Origin: an uncultured Alphaproteobacteria bacterium
Lineage (GTDB): Bacteria; Pseudomonadota; Alphaproteobacteria; Rhizobiales; Beijerinckiaceae
Reading direction: 5' to 3'
DNA: 64,000 nucleotides
Assembly (NCBI GenBank): GCA_963774195.1
Contig: CAVZDY010000004.1
Coordinates: forward strand, 365,878 to 429,877
A model generated the notes under the pieces. That model saw only the letters and a program-made list of their open reading frames with translations, searched no databases and was not told the origin of the DNA. The translations under genes were made by a program, and so were the position numbers. Every line of letters starts with the position of its first letter. Position 1 is the stretch's first letter. Positions 49,233-59,600 of the stretch are shown here, piece after piece.

Positions 49233-49718
49233 TCAGGCACGCGAGATCAAGTCGTGGCGGCGGCGAGAGACGATGTCGCGCAGCGAGCGAAGCGCCTCGT
49301 CGCCAAGCTCGAACGTCCGGCGCAAGTCCTGAGACGCGTATTGAACGCGCTCGGCCCGCCCTGCCCCGTTCGCTTCGCTCGACAAGGCCCGCAATTCGTC
49401 TTGCAACGCCTCCGCGGAGGCGTAAAAGCCCGCCGACAGCCGCGCGAGATGAGCGCCGAGCAAGGCCATTCGAGGCGCGTCGGTCCGATAGCTGACGGTC
49501 GGAAGCACGGGCAGGCTCGGGGCGGGCCGACCACCATCGCCGAATTGCGCCAGCGCCCGCTCGACGTCGTGCGTTTCGAGCAGGTTCAACGTTTCCGCGA
49601 TTTCCCCGATGAGGCCCGCCGCGAGCGCGCGGCGCCCCGCTCTGATCGCGACGACCACGCCAAGCGCAACGCCTAAGATGGCCAGAACAACGACGAGCAA
49701 GGCCAAGATCACGCCCAT
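49233..49718 (-). CDS. Hypothetical membrane-anchored protein
   Basis: N-terminal TM helix followed by a helical soluble domain. Confidence 0.65.
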   Translation of the reverse strand: MGVILALLVVVLAILGVALGVVVAIRAGRRALAAGLIGEIAETLNLLETHDVERALAQFGDGGRPAPSLPVLPTVSYRTDAPRMALLGAHLARLSAGFYASAEALQDELRALSSEANGAGRAERVQYASQDLRRTFELGDEALRSLRDIVSRRRHDLISRA

Positions 49719-49836
49719 CCCGACCTCCTCCCAGGGAACCCGGGGCAAGTCATTCAACGCCGACTCGGGCCTCGACGCAAGCGGCCCGGCCGGGAATTGA
49801 CATGGCCAGCCGAACGCCTAGGATCTCACTTCTGAA

Positions 49837-49883
49837 GGGGATGGAGTCCCCCAAAACCGCCTGTCCAGGCTGATGACTCCTGC
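49837..49883 (+). promoter_or_regulatory. Fluoride (crcB-motif) riboswitch
   Basis: GGGGATGGAGTCCCCCAAAACCGCCTGTCCAGGCTGATGACTCCTGC: P1 GGGGA/TCCCC, P2 GCCTG/CAGGC, pseudoknot GGAGT/ACTCC, conserved GATGG and CTGATG. Confidence 0.9.
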
Positions 49884-49963
49884 CGCGTCGCGCGCGTGGC
49901 AGGGGCCGTTTGATCTCCTATACGCCCTGCCGCTCGCCGCGACTCCAGAGCATGGAGGTCGAG

Positions 49964-51127
49964 ATGGGGCAGGTCTGGTTCAACTCCGCCATATGGCTCG
50001 GATTGGCGCTGACGGCGTCGATCGTCTCCATTCGCATCGCGATCTCGGTGGCGCTCATCGAGATCATCGTCGGCGCGCTCGCGGGCAACGCGATCGGCCT
50101 CAACCTAACGGAATGGGTCAACTTCCTGGCCGGATTCGGCGCAATCCTCCTCACCTTTCTCGCTGGAACGGAGATCGATCCCGCCGTCGTGCGCAAGCAC
50201 TTTCGCTCCAGCCTCTCGATCGGCGTCGTCGGCTTTCTCGCCCCTTATCTCGGCATCCTCGCCTACGCCCGCTACGGGTTGCACTGGTCGTGGAGCGAAG
50301 CGCAAATCGCCGGGATTTCGCTGTCGACGACATCAGTCGCGGTTGTCTATGCGGTGATGGTGGAGACCGGCTTCAACCGAAGCGAGATCGGCAAGATCAT
50401 TCTTGCTGCCTGCTTCGTCAACGACCTCGGGACGGTGCTGGCCCTCGGCGTCGTGTTCGCGCACTACGATTTGCGGCTCGCTCTCTTCGGCGCTGCGACC
50501 GCCATCGTCCTTTGGCTGTTGCCGCGCTTTGCGCCATGGTTCTTCGCGCAGGTCGGCCATCGCGTCAGCGAACCCGAAACGAAGTTCGTCGCGGTGATCC
50601 TGCTCGCGCTCGGCGGCTTGGCCAGCGCCGCCGGCAGCGAGGCCGTGTTGCCGGCCTATCTCGTCGGAATGGCGCTGGCGCCGGCCTTCCTCGCCGACCC
50701 CGAATTGCCGCACCGGATGCGGATCATCGCCTTCACGATCCTGACCCCATTCTATTTCCTGAAAGCCGGTTCGCTCGTCGAGTTCTCTCAGATCGCCGGC
50801 GCTGTCGGGCTGATCGTCGTCTTCCTCGGCATCAAGATGGCGACGAAGTTTCTGGGCATCTTGCCGCTGACGCGCGCCTTCCGCTTTGATCCGCGCGAAG
50901 GCCTCTACACGACGCTGCTGATGTCCACCGGCCTGACGTTCGGCACGATCTCCGCACTGTTCGGCCTGACCAACCACATCATCGACCGCAGCCAATATAC
51001 GACACTCGTCACCGCCGTGATCGGGAGCGCGATCGTGCCGACGCTCATCGCGCAGCGTTGGTTTCAACCAACGTTCCGATCGGCCGAGAACGAAGCGATC
51101 GGCGCGCCCGCCGCGGATGAGGGCTGA
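49964..51127 (+). CDS. Cation:proton antiporter (CPA2-like)
   Basis: Multi-TM protein with TFLAGTEID, STTSVAVV and FVNDLGT motifs; GGAGG RBS. Confidence 0.88.
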   Translation: MGQVWFNSAIWLGLALTASIVSIRIAISVALIEIIVGALAGNAIGLNLTEWVNFLAGFGAILLTFLAGTEIDPAVVRKHFRSSLSIGVVGFLAPYLGILAYARYGLHWSWSEAQIAGISLSTTSVAVVYAVMVETGFNRSEIGKIILAACFVNDLGTVLALGVVFAHYDLRLALFGAATAIVLWLLPRFAPWFFAQVGHRVSEPETKFVAVILLALGGLASAAGSEAVLPAYLVGMALAPAFLADPELPHRMRIIAFTILTPFYFLKAGSLVEFSQIAGAVGLIVVFLGIKMATKFLGILPLTRAFRFDPREGLYTTLLMSTGLTFGTISALFGLTNHIIDRSQYTTLVTAVIGSAIVPTLIAQRWFQPTFRSAENEAIGAPAADEG

Positions 51128-51215
51128 CCCGGCGCCGAGCGCGCTAGCCGGCGCTGCGGGCTCCGGTGGCGACGACAAGCCCCTCGGCGTCGCGCAGGGC
51201 TGCGCGAGCGAGCTC

Positions 51216-52270
51216 TAGAGCGCTGGACCGTCACATTGAATTGAGCGCCGGGATTCCGACGACGGGAGGTTCGTGATTCACTTCTCTAGGGAGGTGATTC
51301 GCGATGCCGAAGCCCTATTCACTCGATCTGCGTGAGCGTGTCGTCGCGTTTGTCGAGGCCGGGCACTCGCGGCGCGCGGCGGCAGCTCATTTCGACGTGT
51401 CGGTGTCCTTCGTCGTCAACCTGATGATGGCCTACCGGACGCGCGGCAGCCTCGAGCCCAAGCCGAGCGGCGGGAAGCGACACGCCAAGCTCGACCCGCA
51501 TCGCGAGTTTCTCTTAGGCCGGGTGACCGAGCAGGCCGACATCACCATGCCGGAATTGGCGGCCGAGCTCGAAGCGCGCGGCACGCGGGCCGATCCGGCG
51601 TCCCTATCGCGCTGGCTGATCCGCAACGGCTATCGCTATAAAAAAAACGCTGCTCGCGAGCGAATGCGATCGCCCCGACATTCGCCAGGCGCGCGAGCAA
51701 TGGCGGGCTGAGCGGCAACCGAAGATGCAGCTCGAGGCGCATCGGCTGGTCTTCCTCGACGAGACCGGAACAACCACGAAAATGACGCGTTTACGCGGCC
51801 GCAGCCCCAAGGGGCAACGCCTGCGCGCCAAAGCCCCGTTCGGCCATTGGAAGACGCAGACCTTCATCGCCGGCCTGCGCTGCGACGGGCTCACCGCGCC
51901 CTTCGTCATCGACGCGCCGATGGACCGGCGCATCTTCGAAACCTATGTCGCGACCCAGCTCGCGCCGACCCTCAAGGCCGGCGACATCGTCATCATGGAC
52001 AATCTGCCGGCGCACAAGAGCCTGATCGCCGAAATGGCCATTCGCGACCGCGGCGCCTGGGTGCTGTTCCTGCCGCCCTACAGCCCCGACCTCAACCCGA
52101 TCGAAATGGCCTTCGCCAAACTGAAAGCGCATCTGCGCGCCAGAGCCGTCCGAACCATCGACGCGCTCTGGCGCGCGATCGGCCAAATCTGCGACCTCTT
52201 TAGCCCCGACGAATGCAAGCACTACCTCGCCGCCGCTGGCTATGGATTCACATGAGCGTCCGGTGCTCTA
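51216..52270 (+). mobile_element. IS630-family insertion sequence (1055 bp including both TA)
   Basis: Imperfect terminal inverted repeats TAGAGCGCTGGAC / GTCCGGTGCTCTA, TA duplication, transposase inside. Confidence 0.93.
51304..52255 (+). CDS. IS630 transposase (two ORFs, slippery A8 run at 51640-51647)
   Basis: YSLDLRERVV HTH; FLDET, DNLPAHK, YSPDLNPIE DDE motifs. Confidence 0.93.
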
Positions 52271-52838
52271 GACCAAGAAAGCGAGCGCGGTCGACCGGTC
52301 CCGGTAGGGCGAGACGAGCGGTCAACGCGGCGGAAAAACCGAAGCTCGCGTAATAGGGCGCGTCGCCCACCAATAGGATCGCGCGATGGCCGCTTGCCGC
52401 CGCCCGCTCTATCGCTTGGCGCATGAGACTCGCGCCGACGCCGAGGCAGCGGTGCGAGCGCGCCACCGCAAGCGGCCCGAGCAGCAGCGCGTCGACGCCG
52501 CCGGCGCAAACCGGCCAGAGACGAACGGTGCCGATCAGCGCCGCTCCGTCCTCGGCGACGAGAGCGAGCCCTTCGGCCGGCAGCCGGCCGTCGCGAAGTC
52601 GCGCGCTCGTCTTCTTGAAGCGCGCGGCGCCAAACGCCCCGTCGAGCAGCGCCTCACGCGCCGGGACGTCCTGCGGCCGCTCGGCGCGCATCGTAAACGC
52701 CGGCAGAGGAATCGCCGCGTCGAGCGCGGCAAGGTCGATCAGAGCAGTCATCGGCCCCTCCAAGGGGTTGAGTGGGCAAAGCTGGCGGCGCGCGGCGCCG
52801 CCGGCTGGAGGGCGGATGGGATGGGGTGAACGGACCCT

Positions 52839-53987
52839 TCAGATCACGTAGGACTTCAGCGGCGGAAAGCCGTTGAAGCCGACGGCCGAGTAGGTGGTCG
52901 TATAGGCCCCGGTTCCCTCGATCAGCACCTTCGCGCCGATCTCGAGGCTGATGGGCAACAGATACGGCTCCTTCTCGTAGAGCACGTCGACGGAATCGCA
53001 GGTCGGCCCGGCAATGACGCAGGGCGACATCACGTCGTCGTCGTAGTCCGTGCGGATCGGGTAGCGGATCATCTCGTCCATCGTCTCGGCGAGGCCGTTG
53101 AACTTGCCGATGTCGAGATAGACCCAGCGCTGCGGATCGTCCTCGGACTTGCGGGAGATGAGCACCACCTCCGCCTCGATGACGCCAGCGTTGCCGACCA
53201 TGCCGCGGCCCGGCTCGATGATCGTCTCCGGGATGCGATTGCCGAAGTGCCGCCGCAGCGCGCGGAAGATCGTCTGACCGTAGGTGCGCACGCCAGGGAT
53301 CGGCTTGAGATAGCGGGTGGGAAAGCCGCCGCCGAGATTGATCATCGACAGCTGGATGCCGCGCTCCGCGAGGTCTTTGAACACCGCCGCGGAGGCCTTC
53401 AGCGCGCCGTCCCACATGCGCGGATTGCGCTGCTGCGATCCGACATGGAACGACAGGCCGTAGGCGACAAGGCCCAGCCGATGCGCGTGCTCGAGCACCT
53501 TGGCCGCCATTTCGGGCGCGCAGCCGAATTTGCGGGACAGCGGCCATTCGGCGCCGTCGCCGCGGCACAGAATGCGGCAGAACACCTTCGAGCCCGGAGC
53601 CGCGCGCGCGATCTTCTCGACCTCGGCCTCGCAGTCGACAGCAAACAGGCGCACGCCCAAAACATAGGCGCGTGCGATGTCCGCCTCTTTCTTGATGGTG
53701 TTGCCGTAGCTGATGCGGTCGGGCGTCGCGCCGGCGGCCAGCGCCTGCTCGATCTCGACGATGGAGGCGGTGTCGAAGCACGAGCCGAGGCGCACCAGGA
53801 GATCCAGGATCTCCGGCGCCGGATTCGCCTTGACGGCGTAAAAGACGCGCGTGTCGGGCAACGCCTTGGCGAAGCCGAGATAGTTCTCGCGCACGACCTC
53901 GAGGTCGACGACGAGACGCGGGCCATTCCCTTCGGTGCGGGCGAGAAATTCTTTAATGCGATTGGTCATCGCGGCATCCTCCGTCAC
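52839..53987 (-). CDS. speF: Type III PLP-dependent ornithine/lysine decarboxylase
   Basis: PLP lysine motif FYAVKAN, FDTAS, HVGSQ, EPGR, GPTCDSVD. Confidence 0.9.
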   Translation of the reverse strand: MTEDAAMTNRIKEFLARTEGNGPRLVVDLEVVRENYLGFAKALPDTRVFYAVKANPAPEILDLLVRLGSCFDTASIVEIEQALAAGATPDRISYGNTIKKEADIARAYVLGVRLFAVDCEAEVEKIARAAPGSKVFCRILCRGDGAEWPLSRKFGCAPEMAAKVLEHAHRLGLVAYGLSFHVGSQQRNPRMWDGALKASAAVFKDLAERGIQLSMINLGGGFPTRYLKPIPGVRTYGQTIFRALRRHFGNRIPETIIEPGRGMVGNAGVIEAEVVLISRKSEDDPQRWVYLDIGKFNGLAETMDEMIRYPIRTDYDDDVMSPCVIAGPTCDSVDVLYEKEPYLLPISLEIGAKVLIEGTGAYTTTYSAVGFNGFPPLKSYVI

Positions 53988-54214
53988 GCGGCTAGCGCCG
54001 CGCTTGGCAAGAACAGGGGATCGGAGGCGATGCGTCCGCGGCCACGCGCGTTGGAGACGCGAGGCGTAGACGTTGACCCGCCGCCGCGACCGCTCGTGGC
54101 TCGGTCAAGCGGCGAAGAGCCGCTCAGCCGACCCCGCGAGGGTCAGATGCTGCGCCGTAGCCGCTCTCGCGCCGCAGGAAGCTCCTGTCAGCGAAATCCG
54201 CGGCCATCGTTTGG

Positions 54215-54400
54215 AGGGGAATGACCCTTCCGCACACCCGGCAAGATAGACAAGCCTCTTCGGTAAGCCGACCTTTGGAGGGCCGTCAGAGACGAAAAAG
54301 CCCGGTCCGTCGTTGCTTCAAGTCGCGTCCCCCGTTTGGCGGGGTGCGCCGGTTTGCCTCCGGCTGCCGGTCTGCCTAGGGCGGTTAACTGGCCTCTTGT
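54215..54400 (-). promoter_or_regulatory. speF leader RNA motif (alphaproteobacterial orphan riboswitch candidate)
   Basis: Minus strand ...CCGGCGCAC...GCAACGACGGACCGGGCTTTTTCGTCTC...CCAAAGG...GAAGAGGC...TTGCCGGGTGTG resembles the speF motif as recalled; sits upstream of the decarboxylase. Boundaries approximate. Confidence 0.65.
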
Positions 54401-54870
54401 CCAGATCCCCGCCGACCGACACACGACCACAGGCACGTGCGTATTGGGCAAGTTCTTATTTGTGCGAATCACCTCTGAAAGCAAGAGGTTTTTTTCGCTT
54501 CGCGCAATTTTTTCTCACTCCGTCACAAAACCTTCACGAACACGCCTCCCCAGGGGGAGTACGGGCGGGTCGAGGCCCGCTTGGAAAAGGACACGGCTCG
54601 CCCTGGTTCGCGGAGCGCACACAATCTCCAATCGCCTGCCGTTAGGGCTCGCCGCAGAAAAGATTTTGCTCACGCACGCCGCTCATCTGCTGTCTTTACA
54701 TGTCTTCGCTTTGGCAGATCGCGGCAAACCGCCATTCGAGCCAATCCAACCGGAAACGAAAACTGTTGAGGGGGCGCCAAAAACGACAGATCATCGTTGT
54801 TTAAGCAATGCTTTTTCTCTACCCAAGTCCGAGACCGAGGCCTGTGAGCGCACGCGTTAGGGAGGAGGCC

Positions 54871-56316
54871 ATGGATGTCCATCAGGCCGCGCGTGGGTTC
54901 TGGCGGCTGTGCGGCCCGATGCTATTCGCCTCTGCCTGCCTCATGACGGGAGCAAGGGCTCAGAACGCGCCGGCAGCGCCGGCGACCACGAGCGAAGGAC
55001 CATTCGGATTCTTGGGCGCCGCCGCCAACAGCCCCACTCTGCTCGGCGACATGTGGGGGCTGAGGCCCGCGCTCGCCAAATATGGCGCGACGCTGAGCAT
55101 CGTCGACAACAGCGAGGTGTTCGGCAACGTCACCGGCGGCATCCACCGTGGCTTTGAATACGATGGACTGACCACCGCGACGCTCCAGGTGGACACGAAG
55201 AAAGCCTTCGGGCTCGAGGGAGGCATGTTCAATGCGAGCGCGCTGCAAATCCGCGGCAACAATCTGAGCACGTCGAATCTCGGCACGCTGCAATTTGCAA
55301 CCGGGATCGAGGCCGATCCCGCCACACGGCTATGGGAGCTCTGGTATCAGCAGAAATTCGGCGAGACGTTCGACGTCAAGGTCGGCCAGCAGAGCCTCGA
55401 CCAGGAGTTCATGATCAGCCAGAACGCCGCCTATTTTCTCAACAGCAGTTTTGGCTGGGCGATCCTGCCTACGGAGGACATGCCGGGCGGCGGCCCCGCC
55501 TATCCGCTCTCCTCGCTCGGCGTGCGCGGCAGAGCGCACTTGAACGACAACCTGACGCTGCTCGCCGGCGTCTACAACGGCTCCCCCTCCCCCAGCAAAG
55601 TCGGCGATCCGCAGAGAGCGGACCCTTACGGCCTGAGCTTTCCGCTCAACGGCGGCGTGCTGGCGATCGTCGAGCTGCAGTTCGCCTATCCCGCGCCGAA
55701 CGCTCCGGCCAAAGCCGGCCAAGCGCAGCCGCTTCCGCTCACCTATAAGATCGGCGCTTGGTACGACAGCGAGGCGTTCGCGGATCTGCGATACGACAAT
55801 ACCGGAATGCCGCTGGCCAGTCCCGCCAGCGACGGAACGCCTGCAAGCCATCGAGGCAACTATGCGTTCTATGCGGTCGCGGACCAGATGCTTTGGCGCT
55901 CTGCAAAGGAGACCAATCGCACCATCAACGCGTTCGTACGGCCGATGTTCACGCCGCTGCAGGACCGCAATCTGATCGCCTTCGGCCTGAGCGCTGGCGT
56001 GACGATTCACGAGCCCTTCGTCGGACGAGGCGACGACACCGCGGGGCTCGGGGTGAACTTCGCGCAGGTCAGCGGCGCCGCCACGGGCTTCAACCAGGAC
56101 ATGGCGTTCTACAACCCCAGCGTCTTCTCGGTGGTCCGCCATAACGAGACCGTGCTCGAGGCGACATATCAATACCAGGTCGCGCCCTGGTGGCAGATCC
56201 AGCCGGATGTCCAATACGTGTTCAACCCAGGCACGGGCATCGTCAATCCGGACAACCCGAGCCAGAGGGTCAAGAACGAACTGGTTCTCGGGATCCGGAC
56301 GAACGTCACCTTTTAG
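54871..56316 (+). CDS. OprB-family (carbohydrate-selective) porin, copy 1
   Basis: Signal peptide, LLGDMWGLRP, RLWELWYQQ, KVGQQSLDQEF, QPDVQYVFNPG, C-terminal Phe. Confidence 0.9.
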   Translation: MDVHQAARGFWRLCGPMLFASACLMTGARAQNAPAAPATTSEGPFGFLGAAANSPTLLGDMWGLRPALAKYGATLSIVDNSEVFGNVTGGIHRGFEYDGLTTATLQVDTKKAFGLEGGMFNASALQIRGNNLSTSNLGTLQFATGIEADPATRLWELWYQQKFGETFDVKVGQQSLDQEFMISQNAAYFLNSSFGWAILPTEDMPGGGPAYPLSSLGVRGRAHLNDNLTLLAGVYNGSPSPSKVGDPQRADPYGLSFPLNGGVLAIVELQFAYPAPNAPAKAGQAQPLPLTYKIGAWYDSEAFADLRYDNTGMPLASPASDGTPASHRGNYAFYAVADQMLWRSAKETNRTINAFVRPMFTPLQDRNLIAFGLSAGVTIHEPFVGRGDDTAGLGVNFAQVSGAATGFNQDMAFYNPSVFSVVRHNETVLEATYQYQVAPWWQIQPDVQYVFNPGTGIVNPDNPSQRVKNELVLGIRTNVTF

Positions 56317-56597
56317 AGCTGCAGCCCGCCCCGACCGCCCTGCTCGTCGCCGCGGAAGACAATCCCAACTCGAGACGGCCTAGCGATATGAGCGCGCTCG
56401 GGTGCGTCGTGGCGACGCTGCGCACCGGAGAGTCCGGCGCGGAGCACGCGGCGGCAATGGAGCCTGCCGAGCGCGCGGCTCGTGAGGAGTCCCTCGGCGC
56501 CTCAGAGCGAAGGCATAGACAGGTCATGTCAATGTATATGTCGCCAATCTGTCATCTTTACATTTCAGTGACAAAGAACAACTCAGCGATGCCCTTG

Positions 56598-56645
56598 TTT
56601 TGAATGGATCTAAACAGCTGCGGCCCTGTTTAGAAAATGTCCAAA
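56598..56645. promoter_or_regulatory. Two Irr-box (ICE)-like sites
   Basis: TTTTGAA-TGG-ATCTAAA (56598-56614) and TTTAGAA-AAT-GTCCAAA (56629-56645) versus the ICE consensus TTTAGAA-N3-TTCTAAA. Confidence 0.65.
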
Positions 56646-56735
56646 AGACGGAATCTTCGTTGCGCCGCGAATTGTTCTTCTCTACGCAATGAGCCGCGAC
56701 AGCGGGCCTTGAACCCGCCAGTTAGCGAGGGGAAT

Positions 56736-58388
56736 ATGAAAGATAATTTCGTCACGCGTCGTGACTGGGCGAAGTTTCGTTCGCCGCTCATGGCCGGAGT
56801 TTGTCTTGCCTGCCTGATGGCGGGGGCTCACGCGCAAGACGCGAACACCAAACCCGACCAATCCCAGGAATTCATCGAAACGCCCGTTGGGGCAAGCGCG
56901 CCCGCCGCCGCGAACCCGACCGCCAGCCAGTCAGCGACCGCCGGCGCCGCTGGCGATGCGAGCTCTAAGTCCGACCAGTCGCCGGAATTCGTCGAAACGC
57001 CCGTCGGCGCGAGCATGCCCGCCGCCAATTCGGTCGCCACGGCGACGGCGCCCCCCAGCAACATCCCTAACCCCTTCGGCTTTCTGAGCACCGCCCAGCG
57101 CAGCTCCAATCTGCTGGGCGACATGTGGGGCCTCAGGCCGATGCTCGCCAAATACGGCGTGACGCTCAACTTCGTCGAAAACAGCGAAGTCCTCGGCAAC
57201 GTGACCGGCGGCTACCGGCAAGGCTTCTACTACGAAGGCCTGACCACTGGGACGCTGCAAATGGACACGCAGCGCGCGTTTGGCCTCCAGGGCGGCACGT
57301 TCAATATCAGCGCGGAACAAATTCACGGCGGCAATCTGAGCGCCGCCAATCTCGGCACTTTGCAGACTGCGAGCGGCATCGAGGCGGATCCCACCACCCG
57401 CCTGTGGGAGCTCTGGTACCAGCAGAAGTTCGGCGACAACTTCGACGTGAAGGTCGGCCAGCAGAGCATCGACCAGGAATTCATGGTCAGCCAGAACTCG
57501 GGCTATTTCGTCAACACGATGTTCGGGTGGCCGATGCTGCCCTCCGCGGACATGCCCGGCGGCGGCCCCGCCTATCCGCTGTCGGCCCTCGGCGTCCGCG
57601 GGCGGGTGCACATCAGCGACGATCTGACGTTGCTCGCCGGCGTCTATAACGGCAGCCCGTCGCCGACCAACATCGGCGACCCGCAAAAGGCCAATCCCTT
57701 CGGCGTCAGCTTCCCGCTCAACGGCGGCGTGCTGGCGATCGCCGAGTTGCAATACACCTACCCCGGCCCGGGCACGCTGGTGGACCCGGACCAGCCGGAC
57801 CCGCTCGCGCGCACCTATAAGATCGGCATGTGGTACGACAGCGAGGACTTCGCCGATCTGCGCTACGACAACACGGGCCTCCCGCTCGCCGATCCCGCGA
57901 GCACGGGCATTCCGGCCACCCATCGGGGAGACTATGCGTTTTACGGGGTCGCCGATCAGATGCTGTGGCGCGCCGACAAAGAGCCCGATCGCACCATCAA
58001 CGCCTTCATACGCCCGATGTTCACCCCGTTGCAGGATCGCAATCTCATTGCGTTCAGCCTCAGCGCTGGCCTGACGATGCACGAGCCCTTCTTGGGACGC
58101 GACGACGACACCGCGGGCATCGGCGTGAACTTCGCGCAGGTGAGCAGCGCGGCGACCGGGTTCGACCAGGACACGGCCGTTTACAATCCGGGCGTCTTCA
58201 ACGCCGTGCGCCACAACGAGACCGTGCTCGAAGCGACCTACCAGTATGAGGTGATGCCGGCCTGGCAGGTCCAGCCGGATATCCAATACGTCTTCAATCC
58301 CGGCGCGGGGATCGTCAATCCGTATAACCAGACGCAGAAAGTCGAGAACGAACTCGTGTTCGGCGTTCGTACGAACGTCACCTTCTAA
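56736..58388 (+). CDS. OprB-family porin, copy 2 (tandem paralogue)
   Basis: Same motifs as copy 1; extended N-terminus with a duplicated EF(I/V)ETPVGAS segment. Confidence 0.9.
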   Translation: MKDNFVTRRDWAKFRSPLMAGVCLACLMAGAHAQDANTKPDQSQEFIETPVGASAPAAANPTASQSATAGAAGDASSKSDQSPEFVETPVGASMPAANSVATATAPPSNIPNPFGFLSTAQRSSNLLGDMWGLRPMLAKYGVTLNFVENSEVLGNVTGGYRQGFYYEGLTTGTLQMDTQRAFGLQGGTFNISAEQIHGGNLSAANLGTLQTASGIEADPTTRLWELWYQQKFGDNFDVKVGQQSIDQEFMVSQNSGYFVNTMFGWPMLPSADMPGGGPAYPLSALGVRGRVHISDDLTLLAGVYNGSPSPTNIGDPQKANPFGVSFPLNGGVLAIAELQYTYPGPGTLVDPDQPDPLARTYKIGMWYDSEDFADLRYDNTGLPLADPASTGIPATHRGDYAFYGVADQMLWRADKEPDRTINAFIRPMFTPLQDRNLIAFSLSAGLTMHEPFLGRDDDTAGIGVNFAQVSSAATGFDQDTAVYNPGVFNAVRHNETVLEATYQYEVMPAWQVQPDIQYVFNPGAGIVNPYNQTQKVENELVFGVRTNVTF

Positions 58389-58456
58389 GACCGCTCGTCG
58401 CCGCGGTGATCCGCGGCGACGAGTCCATCCAACGACAAGACTGAGAGGCAAGGGTC

Positions 58457-59600
58457 ATGTTGAATCTGCGACGAATGGGGGACGCAAGCGTCCTGGGCTG
58501 TATCGCCGCCGCTCTTCTGCTCGGCGCGCCGACGGCGCGCGCCGCGGGCGTGTTGGAAGGCTTGAAGCATCACACCACCGTAGTCTCGACTATCACCGAC
58601 AACGGCGATCTCAACCCCTACGCGGTCGTCGTCGCGCCCGTTACGTCGGGCATGATTCATAAGGGCGACGTGCTGGTCGACAATTTCAACAACCAGTCGA
58701 ACTTGCAGGGCACGGGCGGCACGATCATCGTCGTCGACCCCGCGTCGAAATCCACCAAACTTTTCGCCAAGCTGCCGCAGAACATGCCGCAATGTCCCGG
58801 CGGCATCGGCCTTTCCACCGCGATGGCGATGCTCACCAGCGGTTGGGTGATCGTCGGCAGTGCGCCGAGCACCGACGGCACGACCGCGACCCTCGGCCAC
58901 GGCTGCCTGTTGGTCTTCGACTCCAACGGTCAACTTGCGACCGTGTGGTCGGGCTCGCACATCAGCGCACCCTGGGGCAACATGGCCGTCATCGACAACG
59001 GCTCGAAGGCGACCTTGTTCGTCAGCATGTCGGGCTTCGACGTCCCTGCGCCAAGCAAGATCGATTCCTCGACGGGGCAACCTGTCGTCGTCAACAAGGC
59101 GACCGTACTGCGCATCCAGCTTGCGATCCCGGCGAGCGGGCCGCCGAAGGTGACGAGCCAGACCGTGATCGCCGACGGCTTGGCCGAACAGGCTGACAAG
59201 GACGTGTTCCTCGTCGGACCGACCGGCCTCGCGCTGATCGGCTCGACCCTCTACGTGTCCGACGCCGTCGAGAATCGCATCGTCGCAATCGCCGACGCCA
59301 CGTCGCGCACCAGCAGCGCCGGAGCCGGCCGCACCGTCACCAAGGACGGCCTGTTGCTGCGCCCGCTCGCGTTGGCGACGACCCCGAGCGGCCACATCAT
59401 CGCCGCCAACGCCAAGAACGGTCAGGTCGTCGAATTCGACCCGACGTCCGGCAAGCAGGTCGCGGCGCAGTGGGTCGAACTCGAACCAGGCCCAGTCGCC
59501 GCCCGGCAACGGCGATCTCTTCGGCCTTGCGATGGCGCCCGACGGCGGCTTCTATTACGTCGAGGACGACGTCAACATGCTCGCGAAGGCGACGCCATGA
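58457..59600 (+). CDS. Secreted beta-propeller-like protein (apparent frameshift near 59480 causes a false fusion to Dyp in the ORF track)
   Basis: Signal peptide, repeated P.GLA blades; the alternate frame ends ...PPGNGDLFGLAMAPDGGFYYVEDDVNMLAKATP* overlapping the Dyp ATG. Confidence 0.7.

Larger units (their letters stand above)
51144..52751 (-). pseudogene. GNAT-family acetyltransferase with its C-terminus split off by IS630
   Basis: LLLGPLAV...GVGASLM, LLVGDAPYY..FGF. Removing the IS restores ...RFLGLELARAALRDAEGLVVATGARSAG* (stop at 51144-51146). Confidence 0.85.
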
